Shown here: positions 48,081 through 57,761 of the stretch, piece after piece
How the letters are laid out: each line of letters begins with the position of its first letter
Numbering within the stretch: position 1 is the first letter of the stretch
Assembly: GCA_036170915.1 (NCBI GenBank)
Contig: JAVHQC010000036.1
Coordinates: 32,001 to 96,000 of the forward strand
Length of the DNA stretch: 64,000 bases
Source of the DNA: Cyanobacteria bacterium auto_48_18
GTDB taxonomy: Bacteria > Cyanobacteriota > Vampirovibrionia > Obscuribacterales > Obscuribacteraceae
Direction of reading: 5' to 3'
Program-made: the position numbers and the translations under genes
The notes under the pieces: model-generated
The model's input: only the letters and a program-made list of their open reading frames with translations
The model's database searches: none
Told to the model about the DNA's origin: nothing

Positions 48081-49802
48081 CTAAGCATTATCACTCAGGC
48101 AGGCAAAATCATATCTTAGCGATTTGCCGATTTCATCGGTGGAAAGAGTCGCTGTGTCGCGCGGCAATAGTTTACTCATAGCAGCAGGACTACCGGCTAC
48201 GATTAGCTTCTGGCTTACCCTTCCAGCCAGCAGATACGTAAAATATTGCAGTTTCCACTCAGTCAACTTTTCAATAACAGGGTCAAGTCCAATTAAGATC
48301 ACCACCTTGGCGGTCAGCGCTCTAAACTGAAATAGAGAGGTCTCGAGAACAGTTGGTTTTCCTTGTGGTTTACTCAATTGACGACTGCTTTTCAATCTGC
48401 CGTCAAATTTGAAGCGCCGACTGCATTTTTCATTTCCGGCATGCAGAATGACGATATCACTGGCAGTATAGCCAGACGAAATCAGATCGCTAACAAGAAA
48501 CTCGACTGTTTCACACAACTCACCATCATTTCGAGTCTCATAAAGCTCCATTATTTCTCGGACGTTTGGTTTTCGATCAGGTAAAAGCATTTGCTCTAGA
48601 TCTAAAGTTCTTTTTGCAGTCGGTACCAGACTGAGACGATTGAAGGCCAGTAGTTGCGGATCGTAGAAATAGAGATAAAGCCCTTTGACGTTGTCTTTCA
48701 AACAGTGTTTGAGTGCTCGCCACATACTTGGACCGAAACAATGTCCTTCAATGGCAATTACTACATCGAACTGAATCTCTGGTCGCAATTGTGATGCTTC
48801 AACTAATAATTCAGGAAAGATTTCATTGAAAATTCTTGTACTGATGTATTTGGGAGTTTTCAAACTTGCAGCCTGAGCCGCCCAGTGACACAGTGCGTGA
48901 AAGGTCGATATTGTCAGTTCACCAGCCTGAAGAAGTTTTTCATTGTTTTCAAGATCAATGGCATATTGTTGACGTAGATGAACAGCTAACATGCGTGAGT
49001 GATTGACGAGTAAAACTTTCTTACCCGCAGCTGAAAGCTTCATGGCCAGACCATAAGCAATCTCGGTTTCGCCAATGCCATTGCCGCCGCATATATTTAT
49101 TGTGCTCACGTCTTCAGTCAGCATGCTTAGTTCATGCACCAGATTTGTCATCTTTCTATTTTGCCACTCTGGCTCAATTGAGGGCTTCTCAAGCTGATCG
49201 TCCGATGCAAAAAGCTCGGCTGCTCGCCGCTGCGCTCTTAAAACTTGATAGAGAGCTGAGCGCATGAATTTTGCCACTAGATCACTAAGCAGGCCTTCAA
49301 CCAGATCGCGCACTATCTTTGACTGCAGTCTCGCTTTTAACCTGATCAAAGTTTGTCTGGTTTCAAGAGCTGTCAGTCGCAATCTAAAGGCTATAGAACT
49401 ATTAGAACATGACTGACGACCATAAAATCCATAAAGCAATCTGGCCACCGTAAATAGACGTTTGCCTTCGTCAGTGGTGCCCATCTGCTTACTTAGTTGC
49501 TCAAACAATTCAGGACAAACCGGCGCATAATCGAGGTGTTTGAGAATTTGCACAGTAAGTGATTCACAGCCGATTTTCTCTAAAAGCATGTCAAATGTCA
49601 TTGGCGTATCGTAAATAGCGCTGAGCATGCGTTCAAAGGCTCTTAGCTGCACCATCTGCGCCAGATTCTTGATGATCACCGGTGCTGTTGATTGATCAAA
49701 TAACTCCGTGGGCAGTGGCTGAAGAGTCTCTGTATCTCTGTAATCATCAGAAGCTAACGCAGCACCAGCATGGGCGGTGAGAATTTCGACCATAATGTAC
49801 AC
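48081..49802 (-). CDS. Degenerate superfamily-1 helicase-like P-loop protein
   Basis: GGNGIGET (Walker A-like), TFH, FDVVIAIEGH (Walker B-like), F.D..Q, F.AL.A.VVI. Confidence 0.6.
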   Translation of the reverse strand: MYIMVEILTAHAGAALASDDYRDTETLQPLPTELFDQSTAPVIIKNLAQMVQLRAFERMLSAIYDTPMTFDMLLEKIGCESLTVQILKHLDYAPVCPELFEQLSKQMGTTDEGKRLFTVARLLYGFYGRQSCSNSSIAFRLRLTALETRQTLIRLKARLQSKIVRDLVEGLLSDLVAKFMRSALYQVLRAQRRAAELFASDDQLEKPSIEPEWQNRKMTNLVHELSMLTEDVSTINICGGNGIGETEIAYGLAMKLSAAGKKVLLVNHSRMLAVHLRQQYAIDLENNEKLLQAGELTISTFHALCHWAAQAASLKTPKYISTRIFNEIFPELLVEASQLRPEIQFDVVIAIEGHCFGPSMWRALKHCLKDNVKGLYLYFYDPQLLAFNRLSLVPTAKRTLDLEQMLLPDRKPNVREIMELYETRNDGELCETVEFLVSDLISSGYTASDIVILHAGNEKCSRRFKFDGRLKSSRQLSKPQGKPTVLETSLFQFRALTAKVVILIGLDPVIEKLTEWKLQYFTYLLAGRVSQKLIVAGSPAAMSKLLPRDTATLSTDEIGKSLRYDFACLSDNA

Positions 49803-49895
49803 CCCTCAGTCAACATAATTACTGATGCTAAGGGTGAGCATGCTTAAGGACACTGTGCATAAGCACAGTGTTATAGGAGCAATCTTTTATCGTTT

Positions 49896-51104
49896 CTAAT
49901 TATTGTGTGTTTTTTTCTTACTCTGCTTTTGAGCATCTGCTTCGGCTTGAAGCTTTTGCTCGATGGTCATAGAAGCTGACTCAGGAGCAGGAATGGCTGC
50001 GGGAACAATTTTTGAATCCTTATTGTTGCCGGTAACCTGATTTTCGATGGTCATTTTATTTTCTAAACTAGTTTTGTTATCTGCATTAGTTTTAGCTTCT
50101 GAATTAGTTTTAGCTTCGCTATCGACTTTTGTTTCAGCGCTGACTTTAGTTTCTTGATTCTCGGTTTTTTTGTCACCAGCGGCAACAGAAGCTGATTCAG
50201 ATGCAGTGAAGTGACTTTGAATGGCAGCGGCTTCGTCAGGTTTTCCGTTTTTTGTCAGCAAAGCTGAATATGATTTCACCAGTCTGGTTTGAATGTCGCT
50301 ATAACCCGCTTTGTTTCTGTCAATCTTATCGAGTGTTTCCACCAGACCACTGTAAAGACTCGCGGCATCAGCTTTGCCTGCGGCGTTGGCGACATCGGCC
50401 CATTCTAATCTAGCTTTGAGCGCATCAGTGCTGGTGGCACCGAATTGTCGCTCTTTAATTTGTGCTACCTGCTGAAAGAATGGCACTGCCTCTTTCTGGC
50501 TACCTGTGGTGTTGTACAGAATTCCTAATTTGGCCAGGGTGTCAAGGCGCTGATAACTGCCTGAGCCGTCTTGTTTGGTGATGTAAATCAGTGCGTTTTT
50601 GTAGCAAGACTCAGCTTGAGAAGTATGTTTCTGCTGTGCATAAACGTCACCAAGTAAGGTAAGCATTTGCGGCATGGCCGTATCACTGTAGCCCCAGATG
50701 GAATTACGAATGCCGATGGCGTCACGCAATAATGCCTCAGCCATTTTTAAATCTGGCGGTTTGGCTGCCATTTTGGATTTGGCTTGTTCAAACTCTTTGA
50801 CTGTTTTAGCACCTAACATTGCGGCCTTTTTAGGGTCGATGGTGGCATTGCCTAGTGCGTCAACCGACATGGCTGAGTTGCTGACACTGGCGGCTTGTGG
50901 TGTCATCCCTGGTACCATACGATATGGACTGGTCATGGCGTTTACTGTTGCCGGTGATGGGATACCTTTAGGCATTGCCATGAGCCCACCATATTCCATC
51001 ATGGCTTGCGCTCTAGCGGCTTGTACACCTAAAAATTGACAGCTGATTAGATTCGCTGTGGCTAGTAAAATCAGGCTTTTGGACACATCCCTGGTCATCG
51101 TCAC
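49896..51104 (-). CDS. Exported TPR protein with C-terminal 6-aa repeats
   Basis: Kinesin-light-chain-like TPRs; ETKVSA/ETKVDS/EAKTNS/EAKTNA repeats. Confidence 0.75.
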   Translation of the reverse strand: MTMTRDVSKSLILLATANLISCQFLGVQAARAQAMMEYGGLMAMPKGIPSPATVNAMTSPYRMVPGMTPQAASVSNSAMSVDALGNATIDPKKAAMLGAKTVKEFEQAKSKMAAKPPDLKMAEALLRDAIGIRNSIWGYSDTAMPQMLTLLGDVYAQQKHTSQAESCYKNALIYITKQDGSGSYQRLDTLAKLGILYNTTGSQKEAVPFFQQVAQIKERQFGATSTDALKARLEWADVANAAGKADAASLYSGLVETLDKIDRNKAGYSDIQTRLVKSYSALLTKNGKPDEAAAIQSHFTASESASVAAGDKKTENQETKVSAETKVDSEAKTNSEAKTNADNKTSLENKMTIENQVTGNNKDSKIVPAAIPAPESASMTIEQKLQAEADAQKQSKKKTHNN

Positions 51105-51107
51105 TCC

Positions 51108-51152
51108 TTTTAGCTGCGAACATTTTAGCTGCCAAAATCTTAACTGCCAACA
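51108..51152. repeat. Intergenic 15-bp tandem repeat x3 adjacent to the TPR gene RBS
   Basis: TTTTAGCTGCGAACA TTTTAGCTGCCAAAA TCTTAACTGCCAACA. Confidence 0.75.
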
Positions 51153-51344
51153 TCAACATGGACAGCATAAACAGCACAGACAAATTATGCCCTGCATTGG
51201 CGTGGTTTATCTTATTTATACTCTTCCCGGTCCTTAGTTACACTCTTGATTAAGACTGTGCTGAAAACCTGCTGCACATATTGCTAGTGGGTACAATAAA
51301 GTGTCGAATCAATTCACAGTTTCACAATTTCTACAGGTAGCATT

Positions 51345-52493
51345 GTGTCCAGCAATCAGAAATCAGTGCGAGTAGGCGAGCTTTTAGTCGATGCTCAAAT
51401 AATAAGCTCAGCTGAAATGACGGAAGCCATTCAGGTGTCGAAGCGTCTCGGAGTACCCATCGGCCGGGTACTGATGATGAGTGGCAGTGTACGCCATGAC
51501 GAACTGGCGGCTTCTTTACAGATTCAGCCCCTGGTGCGCGAAGGGCAAATTCCTTATGAGGCCGCTATTAGCGGTCTTAAACGTGTTCACCAGTTGCGCA
51601 TGACTATGGCTGATGCCCTGGCGCGAGAAGATTTGCGGCCAGACCTGATAGACAATCCAGAATATCTGGGCGAGCTTTTGCTCGATTCTAATCTTGTCGC
51701 TCCTGAAGATATGGAAAAGGCGATTCAAACCAGTATGGCATCCGGCATCCCGCTTGGCAGTGCTCTGGTCTTGCAAGGTTTGCTTTCACCGGCCCTATTT
51801 CCATCTTTGCAGCGCATTCAGCGCCAGTTGGTAGAAGGCACTATCAGTCGCGAAGACGGTATTAAAGAAGTTCAAGACACTTTCGTACACTGGCTCAAAG
51901 CCGAAGAGTCTAAAGATCGGCCTGATGTTGCACTTGAGTCTGGTGATGCCATTGCCGCCGACGACCATTATGAGGCTCCACAAGCGCCGCCGGCCACAAA
52001 CAATGGCCACAGTAGTCACAAAAAAGATGCGGCGCCGGCAGCTCCTGCCGCTGTTATTCCTCAGCCTGAGCCCGTGAAAGCTAAGGCTGAAAGTGTGGCC
52101 GAGGTCAGACTGGTAGATCTGCTTAAAAGCGCCGGTGTGTTTTCACAGGCCGACGTACAGAGACGCTACGAAGCCATGCTCAAAGATCCGGTACGCTCAG
52201 CCAAGTTTTTCTTCGAGCTGGGTCTGTTGGCCGAAGAAGATATAAAGAATGCTGTACGCAGTCACGCTCTGATGACTAAAGGCAGCCTGACCAGAGAAGA
52301 AGCAATTTTCGCTCTCAATAGTTGCCGCACTGCTGACTTGGAAAAACAGTTAACCACTGCGGCGCCGAACACTGCCAGAGTCGACCGCTATATGGATAAA
52401 GAACAGCGCAATGTGATGTCAAAAGTTCTTGGCGGCGCTCTCTTCGGAGCCTTAATTGCTGGTTTTACTTTCTCTAACCGTGGCAAAAAATAG
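51345..52493 (+). CDS. Multi-MshEN-like repeat protein with C-terminal membrane anchor
   Basis: RVGELLVDAQII, PIGRVL, YLGELLLDSNLV, PLGSALV..GLL, RLVDLLKSAGV; C-terminal TM. Confidence 0.7.
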   Translation: MSSNQKSVRVGELLVDAQIISSAEMTEAIQVSKRLGVPIGRVLMMSGSVRHDELAASLQIQPLVREGQIPYEAAISGLKRVHQLRMTMADALAREDLRPDLIDNPEYLGELLLDSNLVAPEDMEKAIQTSMASGIPLGSALVLQGLLSPALFPSLQRIQRQLVEGTISREDGIKEVQDTFVHWLKAEESKDRPDVALESGDAIAADDHYEAPQAPPATNNGHSSHKKDAAPAAPAAVIPQPEPVKAKAESVAEVRLVDLLKSAGVFSQADVQRRYEAMLKDPVRSAKFFFELGLLAEEDIKNAVRSHALMTKGSLTREEAIFALNSCRTADLEKQLTTAAPNTARVDRYMDKEQRNVMSKVLGGALFGALIAGFTFSNRGKK

Positions 52494-52507
52494 CCATTAA
52501 GTTGAAT

Positions 52508-53695
52508 CTAACTAGAAGTAGCGGCGGATGTTGTCTTTGCCGCGTCCATTACATCAACTGCATCTACCAGCGAGCCGCCCAGGGCGATCTTTTCTACAGC
52601 CAGACTCTGGCGGTTGAAAAAGACGAAATCTGCAGCTTTGCCGGGTTCAAGCGAACCAATGAACTGATCAGCGCCAATGATGCGGGCAGGGTTGAGCGTA
52701 GCCATCTTAATGGCCTGAGCAAAGGTACAGATTCCCCACTTGACCATATTTTGCACTGCTTGCTCAAGACTGATAGATGAACCAACCAGCTCGCCGCCAG
52801 ATGTACCGATGGCGGCCCGGTCAGTGACAAGAATGCTTTTCTCGACTCCTTTGAGCGCAAAAATGAGAGCACAAGCCGCCTTGTCTAAGTGCAGACCATC
52901 AGCAATCAAGCAACAGGTGACCTCATTATTGAGCAAAGCTGCACCTACTGCGCCGAGCTGGCGGTGATGCAGTGGCGGCAGGGCGTTAAATGTATGGGTC
53001 ATAACCCTTACGCCTTGTTTGAAGGCAAGATTGGCTTGATCGAATGTAGCGTTGGAATGGCCAAGAGCGACGACAATACCCTGCTTTTGCAAAAATTCGA
53101 TGGCTTCACCCTGGCCGTCGCCTTCGCAAGCAGCCGTAAACAAAGCAACTGCAGGATCGCACAGGCTTTTGGCATTGGCAGTAGTAAACGGAATTATCCA
53201 CTGAGGCGGATGAACGCCAGGGCGTTGGGGCGACAGACATGGACCTTCCAGGTGAATGCCTATCATGCGCGACAGGGGTGGGCTTTCAGCACCAGTGTTA
53301 AGCAGCTGGCGACTTGCACCCTGCGCTTTAAGGAAGGCAATGTTCTTAACTAGATGGCTAACTTCGGCAGTGATGAGCGTGGGCAGAAAAGCCGTAACTC
53401 CATGGCTGAGTAACTCGGCGCGCATAGCTTTGATTTTCGCTGCTGAGCCAGTGGTCTCAACAAGATTTTGCCATAGATCGCAGTCAGGTCCGCCATTCAT
53501 CTGCAAATCAATCAAACCAGGCGTGACATAACAGCCTGCGGCATCAATCTTTTTAAATGTCTCCTGACCGATTGCCGAACTTTGCGGTAAGTTATCTCCG
53601 ATATGGAAAATCTTGCCGTCATGCGTCCAAAGTCGAGTCAGTCTTTCTTTTTCAGGTGTAATTAAGTAACCGTTCTCAATAACCAGACTATTCAT
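52508..53695 (-). CDS. nagA: N-acetylglucosamine-6-phosphate deacetylase
   Basis: PGLID.Q.NG, HLEGP, GHSNAT, HTFNA, DGLH, VTD, NPA. Confidence 0.88.
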   Translation of the reverse strand: MNSLVIENGYLITPEKERLTRLWTHDGKIFHIGDNLPQSSAIGQETFKKIDAAGCYVTPGLIDLQMNGGPDCDLWQNLVETTGSAAKIKAMRAELLSHGVTAFLPTLITAEVSHLVKNIAFLKAQGASRQLLNTGAESPPLSRMIGIHLEGPCLSPQRPGVHPPQWIIPFTTANAKSLCDPAVALFTAACEGDGQGEAIEFLQKQGIVVALGHSNATFDQANLAFKQGVRVMTHTFNALPPLHHRQLGAVGAALLNNEVTCCLIADGLHLDKAACALIFALKGVEKSILVTDRAAIGTSGGELVGSSISLEQAVQNMVKWGICTFAQAIKMATLNPARIIGADQFIGSLEPGKAADFVFFNRQSLAVEKIALGGSLVDAVDVMDAAKTTSAATSS

Positions 53696-53936
53696 TGGTA
53701 CTCATTGCTATCAATTGACATCCTTAACAAGCTGTAGTATCGCTTGAGTTCTCTTTGCAAGCACAGTTTTCTCAAGTATGATGGATGAAGGCTATGCGCA
53801 GTCTAGATTTTATTATCCTTCTTCATCTCTTTTAGATAAATAAGAGAACAGATCCTTACCAAAGGCTGGGTAGGAGATACAATTCTTAGTTGAACAAATC
53901 TTCAGTTGAACCCATGCAGTAACTCTTGTCAGGTCT

Positions 53937-54434
53937 ATGCCCGAAATAAATTCTTCCAGCGCTTCTTCTACCTCGCAACCTGCGGCATCTGCTTCAGATG
54001 CTGGGTCGCTTACTTTGAAGCTGTTGGAATTGCAAGAAGCACTGGTGCAATCGCAAGAAAAAAACCTGATGCTTTCTGCGCAACTGCGAGAACTTGAGCG
54101 TACAGGTCGCGATGGCGAAGATTTGAAATCGGAACTTATTAACCAGGGCCTGCTACTTACCGATAAAAGTCGCGAAAATAAACAGCTGCATCAAGAACTT
54201 GGTCGCATCACCAGTTTGCTTGAGCAAAAATTGCAAGAAGTAGAAGAGTTAAGAGCGTCGGTGGTGGAGCTTGGCCACCAATTGAAGACTCGTGAGTCGG
54301 AACGCGATTTGCTGGCAGTAATGCTAAATGAAGCCGAAAACGCTCAACGTCGTCAGACAACAGAAGAAACCTACCAGCAAGTGGCGAAAGACACGCCGGG
54401 CTGGCTCAAAGCCTTTAAGGGCAAAAACAACTAA
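53937..54434 (+). CDS. Coiled-coil hypothetical protein
   Basis: Heptad repeats, C-terminal GWLKAF. Confidence 0.7.
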   Translation: MPEINSSSASSTSQPAASASDAGSLTLKLLELQEALVQSQEKNLMLSAQLRELERTGRDGEDLKSELINQGLLLTDKSRENKQLHQELGRITSLLEQKLQEVEELRASVVELGHQLKTRESERDLLAVMLNEAENAQRRQTTEETYQQVAKDTPGWLKAFKGKNN

Positions 54435-54437
54435 ATT

Positions 54438-55406
54438 TTGAACTCAAATGTAGACCTCATTGCTAAAGAACTGCTGGCCGGTAACAGGCGGGCTCTCGGT
54501 CGCGCTATTTCGCTGGTTGAAAACGGTGGAGCCGATGCCACCAGTCTGGTGCACGAACTTTACCAACATACGGGCAAGGCTCATATCATTGGCGTCACGG
54601 GCTCACCAGGAGTGGGCAAGTCGACTTTAGTAGATGCACTGATAACAGAATGCCGTAAAGAAGATTTGAAAGTGGCTGTGCTGGCTGTAGATCCTTCAAG
54701 CCCATTTACCGGGGGAGCCATTCTTGGTGACCGCATACGCATGCAAGGACACACTTTAGATCGTAATGTATTCATTCGCTCTATGGCTAATCGCGGCCAC
54801 CAGGGCGGAGTTTCACTGGCAACTTATGATGCCATTCGCATGCTCGAAGCTTCCGGCTATCAAGTCATAATTATTGAAACCGTTGGTGTAGGCCAATCTG
54901 AGCTGGCCATTGCTCAGCATGCCGACACCACTATTTTGGTTTTGATGCCAGGATCAGGTGATGATATTCAAGCAATCAAATCTGGCATCATGGAGATCGG
55001 CGATATTTTTGTGGTCAATAAAGGCGACCTGCCTGGCGCCAATAAATCGGCCAGCGAGATTACAGCTTCTTTAGAGCTAAATCATTTTCAAACTTCGTGG
55101 CGTCCACCCGTGGTGCTGGCTATTGCTGAAACTGGTCAGGGTGTTGACCAATTGTGGCAGGCAGCCAAAGATCACAAAAAATTTCTCACAGATGAAAATC
55201 TACTCGACTCAAGACGCAGTTTGCGCATTCGTGCTGAACTTTCAGAAATAGTGGCCGATATTGCTCGGCGCAACTTGCAAGGCTCTATGGATAGTGACAG
55301 CGTGCGTCAAATTTTGAGCCAGATCGTCAACCGCGAAGTTGATCCGCACACTGCCGCAATGAATTTATTGCCTGGCTTATTTAACGGCGTCACTTGCCGC
55401 TCTTAG
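54438..55406 (+). CDS. meaB: MeaB/ArgK (MMAA) GTPase metallochaperone
   Basis: GSPGVGKST, AVDPSSP.TGGAILGDRIRM, ETVGVGQSE, NKGD. Confidence 0.95.
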   Translation: MNSNVDLIAKELLAGNRRALGRAISLVENGGADATSLVHELYQHTGKAHIIGVTGSPGVGKSTLVDALITECRKEDLKVAVLAVDPSSPFTGGAILGDRIRMQGHTLDRNVFIRSMANRGHQGGVSLATYDAIRMLEASGYQVIIIETVGVGQSELAIAQHADTTILVLMPGSGDDIQAIKSGIMEIGDIFVVNKGDLPGANKSASEITASLELNHFQTSWRPPVVLAIAETGQGVDQLWQAAKDHKKFLTDENLLDSRRSLRIRAELSEIVADIARRNLQGSMDSDSVRQILSQIVNREVDPHTAAMNLLPGLFNGVTCRS

Positions 55407-55612
55407 CTGCTTCTATATAGCCTCTATATGCAATGCATGAGCTTAGTTGATACCGCCGGTGATGTGACTGCTTTAGAGCAGATAAATTTGATAATTCTCT
55501 AAATAGTTTCATATTCCCGCAATACGGCTGGTACTGGGGAAGACTACAGTTCCTTACTGATATGTCATCAAGATCTAGTGCGATCGTATATGCACCCACT
55601 ATCTCAAGCGGC

Positions 55613-55641
55613 TTGACGTGCGGGTATCAGCACAATAGGAT
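55613..55641 (+). promoter_or_regulatory. Sigma70-type promoter of minCDE-rodA
   Basis: TTGACG-17 nt-TAGGAT about 75 nt upstream of minC. Confidence 0.55.
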
Positions 55642-55717
55642 GGTAACGTTGAACTTCACATTTGTTTAGCCGGTTCAACCTTTCCCTTATAACCCTCTAC
55701 CCGCGCGGATTACTTTC

Positions 55718-56575
55718 GTGTCTAAAATTGCCATAATCAGTCAACCAGATCAGGGCGTCTTAATTGATGTCGGCGGTTGTTCATCACTTAAAGAAGCACT
55801 GGAACATTTAAGTTCGACTCTGCAATCTTCCAATCAATTTTGGAAAGGTCACAAGGTCATTCTTGGCCTGGGTGGCATTGAGCTCACCGTGGCACAGGCA
55901 GCGCAAGTTTTAGCGCTCGCTAAAGGCGTTGGTGTATTCCCTGAAGAAGTTTATTCCAAGAACGAAAAAACCAGAGCCGCCTTTTTAGAAAACAGCGTCA
56001 AGGTGACTAACAGCTTGCCCATGTCGCTACCCAAGATCAATGTTGATATTCCGCTTGGTGGCATACCATTTGCTACTGCTGATGCAGACAGTGACTCAGA
56101 ATCGCAAAATAAAAATGTGGTGCTCGATGTCACCATGATTGAAATGGAACATGACACCGTTGAAGATACGCCGCTGCCTGCCGCCAAAGTTGAAGTAGAC
56201 AAAGATGGCGCTGTAGTGACTACAGTTTTGCCACAAGTGCTTTATATCAAGCAAACCTTGCGCTCGGGCCAGGTAGTCAGCCATAAAGGCGATCTGGTAA
56301 TTGTGGGTGACGTTAATCCGGGGGCTGAAATTTTAGCCGAAGGTGACATTACAGTTTGGGGAAGTTTGCGTGGTATCGCTCACGCTGGTATCGGCGGTAA
56401 TACCGAAGCCGAAATCAGAGCGCTTAACTTGCAGCCGATTCAAATTCGAATTGCCCACGCGATTGCCCGCGCTCCCGACCGCCCGCGCATCACTTATGCG
56501 AACGGCACGGGCCCTGAAATTGCCCGCATAGTCGAAGGCAAGATTCGCATTCAAAAAAACAAGATTGAAAACTAG
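55718..56575 (+). CDS. minC: Septum site-determining protein MinC
   Basis: TLRSGQ...GD.VIVGDVNPGAEI.A.G.I.VWG.LRG.AHAG. Confidence 0.95.
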   Translation: MSKIAIISQPDQGVLIDVGGCSSLKEALEHLSSTLQSSNQFWKGHKVILGLGGIELTVAQAAQVLALAKGVGVFPEEVYSKNEKTRAAFLENSVKVTNSLPMSLPKINVDIPLGGIPFATADADSDSESQNKNVVLDVTMIEMEHDTVEDTPLPAAKVEVDKDGAVVTTVLPQVLYIKQTLRSGQVVSHKGDLVIVGDVNPGAEILAEGDITVWGSLRGIAHAGIGGNTEAEIRALNLQPIQIRIAHAIARAPDRPRITYANGTGPEIARIVEGKIRIQKNKIEN

Positions 56576-56639
56576 AAATCTAATTCTAGTTCCCAAAGTT
56601 TCTTACAGTCATTATTACAAAGCCATACGAGGATACTAA

Positions 56640-57455
56640 ATGAGCGGACGAGTAATCGTAATCACCTCCGGCAAGGGTGGTGTTGGCAAGACAACAGCTT
56701 CTGCCAATATCGGCGTGGCTCTTGCCTCCACAGGGGTGAGCGTTGCCCTGGTGGATATGGATATAGGACTGCGCAATCTCGACATCTTGATGGGTCTCGA
56801 AAACCGCGTGGTCTACAACCTGGTTGATGTGGTGGAAGAGCGTTGCAAACTGCGCCAAGCTCTGGTCAAAGACAAAAAGTTGCCAAACTTGAGTCTATTG
56901 CCCGCAGCTCAAACCAGAGACAAATCAGCAGTCAATGCTGAGCAAATGAAAGCTCTCTGCGGCGAACTGAAAAGCATGTACGATTTTGTGCTCGTTGACA
57001 GCCCGGCTGGTATTGAGCAAGGTTTCCAGAATGCTGTGGCTGGTGCTGACGAAGCTATTGTCATCACCACCCCTGAAATGTCTGCCGTGCGTGACGCTGA
57101 CCGCATTATCGGTTTGCTTGAAGCTCGTAAAGACGAAATTAAAGAATATCGCCTGGTGCTCAATCGTTATAGACCAACAATGGTGGCCAATAACGACATG
57201 ATGAGCGTTGACGATGTGCTCGAAATTCTTTCTGTAAAACTGCTTGGTGTAGTGCCTGAAGATGAAGACATCATCATCTCCACTAACAAAGGCGAGCCCA
57301 TTTCCGGCACCGACAACATCAGAGCTGGCCTCGCATATCGCAATATCGCTCGTCGCATTCGCGGTGAAGATGTAGCGATAATGGATCTTGAATCTAAGAA
57401 TTCCACCTGGATCAACAAGATCGTCAGCTTCTTTAATCCCACAGTTAGAGTTTAA
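56640..57455 (+). CDS. minD: Septum site-determining ATPase MinD
   Basis: SGKGGVGKTT, DIGLRNLD..MGLENR, DSPAGIE, C-terminal amphipathic helix. Confidence 0.97.
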   Translation: MSGRVIVITSGKGGVGKTTASANIGVALASTGVSVALVDMDIGLRNLDILMGLENRVVYNLVDVVEERCKLRQALVKDKKLPNLSLLPAAQTRDKSAVNAEQMKALCGELKSMYDFVLVDSPAGIEQGFQNAVAGADEAIVITTPEMSAVRDADRIIGLLEARKDEIKEYRLVLNRYRPTMVANNDMMSVDDVLEILSVKLLGVVPEDEDIIISTNKGEPISGTDNIRAGLAYRNIARRIRGEDVAIMDLESKNSTWINKIVSFFNPTVRV

Positions 57456-57469
57456 GGGAGGAGGTAACA

Positions 57470-57733
57470 GTGCAAATGCAAATATTCAACTGGCTCTTCC
57501 CCGCAAAAGGCGACGACGTTCGTTCTACAGCCAAAGACAGAATGCGCAGCATGCTGACTCATGACCGTTTAGAGCTGCCCGCCGGCCGTCTGGAAACCCT
57601 GGAAGAAGAGCTTATGGCAGTGGTCGGCCGCTACTTTGAGCTTGATAAAGACACAACTCACTTCGATCTGCAACAATATGAGCGTCGGGCCAGCTTAATC
57701 GCTAATTTCCGATTGCTTCGCTCCAAGTGCTAA
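57470..57733 (+). CDS. minE: Cell division topological specificity factor MinE
   Basis: AKDRM..ML.HDR; position after minD. Confidence 0.9.
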   Translation: MQMQIFNWLFPAKGDDVRSTAKDRMRSMLTHDRLELPAGRLETLEEELMAVVGRYFELDKDTTHFDLQQYERRASLIANFRLLRSKC

Positions 57734-57761
57734 TTCTGATTAAGAGCATAATGCAGATTTC

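Noticed and set aside
36631..51152. CRISPR arrays at the short tandem repeats (36631, 51108)
   Set aside because: Units are 12-15 bp, contiguous, without spacers; no cas genes
55390..55599. 69-aa ORF between meaB and minC
   Set aside because: No RBS or recognisable motif; region looks like promoter DNA
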